From NCBI GenBank assembly GCA_034530615.2, contig JAVRCV020000016.1, positions 23,085 to 87,084 of the forward strand: a DNA stretch of 64,000 nt. Direction: 5' to 3'. The position numbers were made by a program, and so were the translations under genes. Positions 60,463 to 64,000 of the stretch are shown one piece after another; within the stretch, counting starts at the first letter, position 1, and each line of letters opens with the position of its first letter. Origin of the DNA: Aulosira sp. ZfuVER01 (GTDB taxonomy: Bacteria > Cyanobacteriota > Cyanobacteriia > Cyanobacteriales > Nostocaceae). Under the pieces are notes generated by a model that worked only from the letters and a program-made list of their open reading frames with translations, was not told the DNA's origin and searched no databases.

Positions 60463-60753
60463 TTGAATGCTGCGCAAGTAGATAAATTTGATGTAAACCT
60501 TATATATAGTTCACCATAACAGACGCAGGGGGTAGCGTCAATAGCTCCATAACTCTTAAAAAAGGGTTAAACTCAGTACTATTGCGCCTGTTAAGACGTT
60601 TTCCTGACTTATAACCGTAGCACTTATAGAAACTTACAAGTATTTTTGGGTCATGGGTAAAGGGATATTGATGAACTCTAAAAAATCGGACAATTCATCA
60701 TTATCGTCAAATTCCGCAGCGGCCCAATCACCTTATTAGAGCCACTAGGTTGT

Positions 60754-61239
60754 ATGATGCCTCGTTCTAAAATTTTAGCTACATCTTTCGACTATCACGG
60801 AGTGTACCCTTGCCCAGTCTGTCGTGTTGGTAAGATTACTCACATGCCATTAATGGAAGCTATGGCTTGTGACTTCTGCCAAGAGATTTTTACTGTCAAT
60901 CTAGAACAACAGCAAATCAAAATGCCTTCTCGGCAACCGCCCCTAGTTTGGTGTTGGAATGGTTTTAGTTGGACAGAAGCTCAGTTAGAAGGAGTGGAGC
61001 TTGGTTGGGGCTATGGGTTAGCAGCAATTGCTTTTATAGTTCTGCCCACAACTTTGATTGGCATTGTGGCTTACAATTTTCCCCCATCTCCACATGAACT
61101 TATTACCTGGTTGCCATATTTCTGGACTATATTAACTTTTTTGTTACATTTAGCAATTATTGTTTGGATTTTTATTGAGGTTTATCAAATTCCTGTTGCA
61201 GCATATTTAAGAGCGATAAATCGATGGAGAAATGGATAG
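60754..61239 (+). CDS. Hypothetical protein with N-terminal CxxC..CxxC ribbon and two TM helices
   Basis: YPCPVCR..ACDFC then two hydrophobic segments. Confidence 0.8.
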   Translation: MMPRSKILATSFDYHGVYPCPVCRVGKITHMPLMEAMACDFCQEIFTVNLEQQQIKMPSRQPPLVWCWNGFSWTEAQLEGVELGWGYGLAAIAFIVLPTTLIGIVAYNFPPSPHELITWLPYFWTILTFLLHLAIIVWIFIEVYQIPVAAYLRAINRWRNG

Positions 61240-61853
61240 GCGGAAAAATCAGGAATTTCCAACTAGAAAGGTTATTGATGGACTGAGTTGGCCACTCTTG
61301 GCTTGTATAATAACTGTGTGCAAGCGTTCTGCTGTAAGACTTCACTAGACAAGCAGTTGCAACGGAAATACCCCGTCTCTCGTTTCAGGTTGGCGAAAGG
61401 GTGGAATTTGCCGATTCTGAGCGTAAGTCCAGAATCAGCAGTCAGAAAATATAATATCTGGCTTGATTATTGAAAATCATATAAGTTTCACCAACTATTA
61501 ATCGTCAGGTTGAGCAACATAACTAGTCGCGATCATTTTTAGATAATGTGAAAGGAGTAGAGAAATACAACAAAAATACTATACAAGTAGCTTTTACAAT
61601 AGCTGATACACCTGATAAAATTGCCGTACTGTAACAGTGAGTAAGTTAATATAACTTTCTTTGAGATGAAGGCTACTGTGGCTCAATTAATATATTGAGC
61701 TAGTCAGATGGCTAAAAATACTTCCATTGGCACTCAAAAACTCAAAGTATATGTGTTAATAAATAGTACAAGTAAATAGAGATTTAATAAAGAATTAAGC
61801 CAATAGAGGGATGCATCACACATAATTAACTTGATTGTCAACTAAAACATCTT

Positions 61854-62552
61854 ATGAGCGAGTTGGAACGGTATTATAGAGTCTTGGAATTAGAGCCTGG
61901 GGCAACACTTGAGGAAGTTAACCAGGCTTATAAAGATTTGGTTTTTGTATGGCATCCCGATCGCATTCCCCAAGACAATCACCGTTTACAACAAAAGGCC
62001 CAAGAAAAAATTAAAGCAATTAATGAAGCGCGTGATAAATTGCGTTCTCTAAAAGTCAAGCATCAATCTCCAACTTACTCACAAACTTACTCACAAACTT
62101 ACTCAAAGCCTTATTCACCGCCTGCCTCACCACCATCTCCTCAACCACAAAAGCCACCGCAAACAAACCATCAACAAACACAGAAAAACCAAGATTTGAG
62201 TGGTCAAGATTTTAGTCGGGCAAATTTGAGTAATAAAGATTTATCGGGAAGAAATTTGAGTTTTGCCAACTTGAGTGGTGCGAATCTCAGCGATACTTTT
62301 ATGCATAAAGTAAATTTGAGAGGTGCAAATTTATCGGAAGCAAATTTATTTAGAGCTAACCTACTTTTAGCCGATCTCCGAGAAGCAAATTTGCGCTCTG
62401 CTAATTTGATAGGAGCAGATCTCAGTGGCGCTGACTTGCGAGGAGCCGATTTGACAGGTGCGCGGATTCGCTCGGGCGAGCGCCTTCTGGTTAAACTAAT
62501 TGGAGCTAATTTAAGTGGAGCCATTATGCCTGATGGTGCAGTTCATCAGTAA
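61854..62552 (+). CDS. J-domain plus pentapeptide repeat protein
   Basis: YYRVLEL..WHPD J-domain, Pro/Gln linker, A(N/D)LxG repeats. Confidence 0.93.
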   Translation: MSELERYYRVLELEPGATLEEVNQAYKDLVFVWHPDRIPQDNHRLQQKAQEKIKAINEARDKLRSLKVKHQSPTYSQTYSQTYSKPYSPPASPPSPQPQKPPQTNHQQTQKNQDLSGQDFSRANLSNKDLSGRNLSFANLSGANLSDTFMHKVNLRGANLSEANLFRANLLLADLREANLRSANLIGADLSGADLRGADLTGARIRSGERLLVKLIGANLSGAIMPDGAVHQ

Positions 62553-62749
62553 CCTGCTTTTGTAACTCTAGAGATAGAAAAATAATTGAAGGTAGTTAGT
62601 TTGTACAAGCTTTCCATCAAAAAGCTGATGTCTGCATTCCCGAGGTTAGAGAAGCGCTATCAAATAAAGCGTTGCATAAATGCGAATCAGCAAAAAAGGA
62701 GCCACAGATAAATATACATAAACTATCTGCGATTTAATCTCAAATAACG

Positions 62750-63763
62750 ATGAATAAATCATTGCAGACAATCTTTATCAAGCACCGTCTACTCTGGGCA
62801 GTTTTACTATTAGTTACAGCACTGGTAGTAACGCTAGGACTTTCTCTTTCTCAAGGTGCAGTACCTTTGAGTGGAAGTGAATTGTGGAAAGCAATTCTTC
62901 ACCAAGGCGATCCGATTAAGCAGACAATTCTCTGGGATTTGCGACTTCCACGGATTATTGCGGCTTTGATTGTTGGTGCAGCTTTAGGAATGTCAGGCGC
63001 ACTGCTACAAGGAATATTACGCAATAGTCTTGCAGATCCATTTATTTTGGGGATTTCCGCAGGAGCAGGGTTAATTGTCATAGTTATGGTGGTGTTGCAA
63101 ATTTTCCCAGCGGCTATTCCTTTAGCAGCATGGGTGGGAGCAATTTTGACTTCAGCTATAGTAATTTTCCTCGGTCGTGGGGGGTCAGGAATTGCAGTTG
63201 AACGCTTGATTTTAGGCGGAGTAGCAGTGAGTTCTTTATTTGGTGCAGTGCAAAGTACATTACTGTTGTTAGCTGAAGACGGTCAAATTCAAATTGCACT
63301 TAACTGGCTAGTCGGTAGCCTAAATGGACGAGGTTGGCAAGAAATCACCACTGCTGGCCCTTACATTATTGTGGCATTGCTGGGGGGATGTTTGTTGGCG
63401 CGATCGCTCAACGTGTTGGCTTTGGGAGATGATTTAGCTTTGGGTTTGGGAGTATCATTAACGCGATCGCGTCTGTTAATTGGTGGTGTTGCTACTTTAC
63501 TCGCCGCAGGTGCAGTCAGCATCAGTGGTTTAATTGGGTTTGTCGGTCTTGTGGTTCCCCACGGTGTCCGCTTAATTGTCGGTACAGATCATCGCTTCGT
63601 TTTACCGCTTTCAGCACTAGCAGGTGCATGGTTACTCATCTTTGCCGATTTACTCTCTAGATTGGGAGCTATAGAATTACCTGTAGGCTCCGTCACCGCC
63701 TTGCTGGGTTCACCGTTATTTATCTGGTTACTTTATCGCCGTTCGGCTGGATTGAATCAGTAG
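62750..63763 (+). CDS. FecCD/BtuC family iron-siderophore or cobalamin ABC permease
   Basis: LRLPR, RNSLADPFILGISAGA, LGDDLALGLG, GLIGFVGLVVPH. Confidence 0.92.
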   Translation: MNKSLQTIFIKHRLLWAVLLLVTALVVTLGLSLSQGAVPLSGSELWKAILHQGDPIKQTILWDLRLPRIIAALIVGAALGMSGALLQGILRNSLADPFILGISAGAGLIVIVMVVLQIFPAAIPLAAWVGAILTSAIVIFLGRGGSGIAVERLILGGVAVSSLFGAVQSTLLLLAEDGQIQIALNWLVGSLNGRGWQEITTAGPYIIVALLGGCLLARSLNVLALGDDLALGLGVSLTRSRLLIGGVATLLAAGAVSISGLIGFVGLVVPHGVRLIVGTDHRFVLPLSALAGAWLLIFADLLSRLGAIELPVGSVTALLGSPLFIWLLYRRSAGLNQ

Positions 63764-63808
63764 GGAAGCATATTTTGCGCAGGTGATTCTCCATCATTTT
63801 CAAGTTGA

Positions 63809-64000
63809 CAATTGAATTGCATCGGCCTGCAATTGAATTACATCGACCTGCAATTGAGTTGCATCGACCTGCAATTGAATTGTATCGACCTGCAATTGAA
63901 TTGTATCGACCTGCAATTGAATTACATCGACCTGCAATTGAGTTGCATCGACCTGCAATTGAGTTGCATCGACCTGCAATTGAGTTGCATCGACCTGCAA
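63809..64000. repeat. 21-bp tandem repeat, about 9 copies, running off the window end
   Basis: Unit CAATTGA(A/G)TT(G/A)(C/T)ATCGACCTG; minus-strand frame encodes LQVDATQ heptads with stop at 63800. Confidence 0.92.

Larger units (their letters stand above)
1..64000. repeat. HIP1 octamer GCGATCGC dispersed throughout
   Basis: Many copies, e.g. 32-39, 4530-4537, 20749-20756; cyanobacterial hallmark. Confidence 0.95.

Noticed and set aside
63809..64000. Possible CRISPR array
   Set aside because: Units are contiguous 21-mers with no unique spacers; no cas genes in the window.

Overview
Chromosomal window of a filamentous heterocystous-type cyanobacterium (Nostocales-like: dense HIP1 GCGATCGC sites, STRR/SDR repeats, psbH/psbN, xisH/xisI, cyanobacterial rpoZ). 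Housekeeping genes (ftsH, rpoZ, rpsU, rsmI, pth, tatA, psbH, psbN, aroF, tRNA-Pro) alternate with accessory DNA. Best candidate for an undescribed system: a RiPP-like cluster at about 17-27.4 kb. Two precursors each consist of a double-glycine, cyanobactin-like leader, a variable core, and a C-terminal Peptidase_S74-type (phage tail-fibre intramolecular chaperone) self-cleaving domain. They lie with a PatD/TruD-like YcaO cyclodehydratase, a C39-peptidase ABC exporter, a haemagglutinin-domain exoprotein and a diguanylate cyclase. Other highlights: (i) two tandem leader-peptide attenuators rich in Phe/Tyr/Trp codons upstream of a DAHP synthase; (ii) a NACHT protein and its upstream neighbour sharing an amyloid-signalling-like N-terminal motif; (iii) a tnpB-derived mini-element between psbH and psbN; (iv) an ISAs1, MITEs and small structured repeats. 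All calls come from reading motifs by eye; no database searches were run, so novelty claims are unverified.
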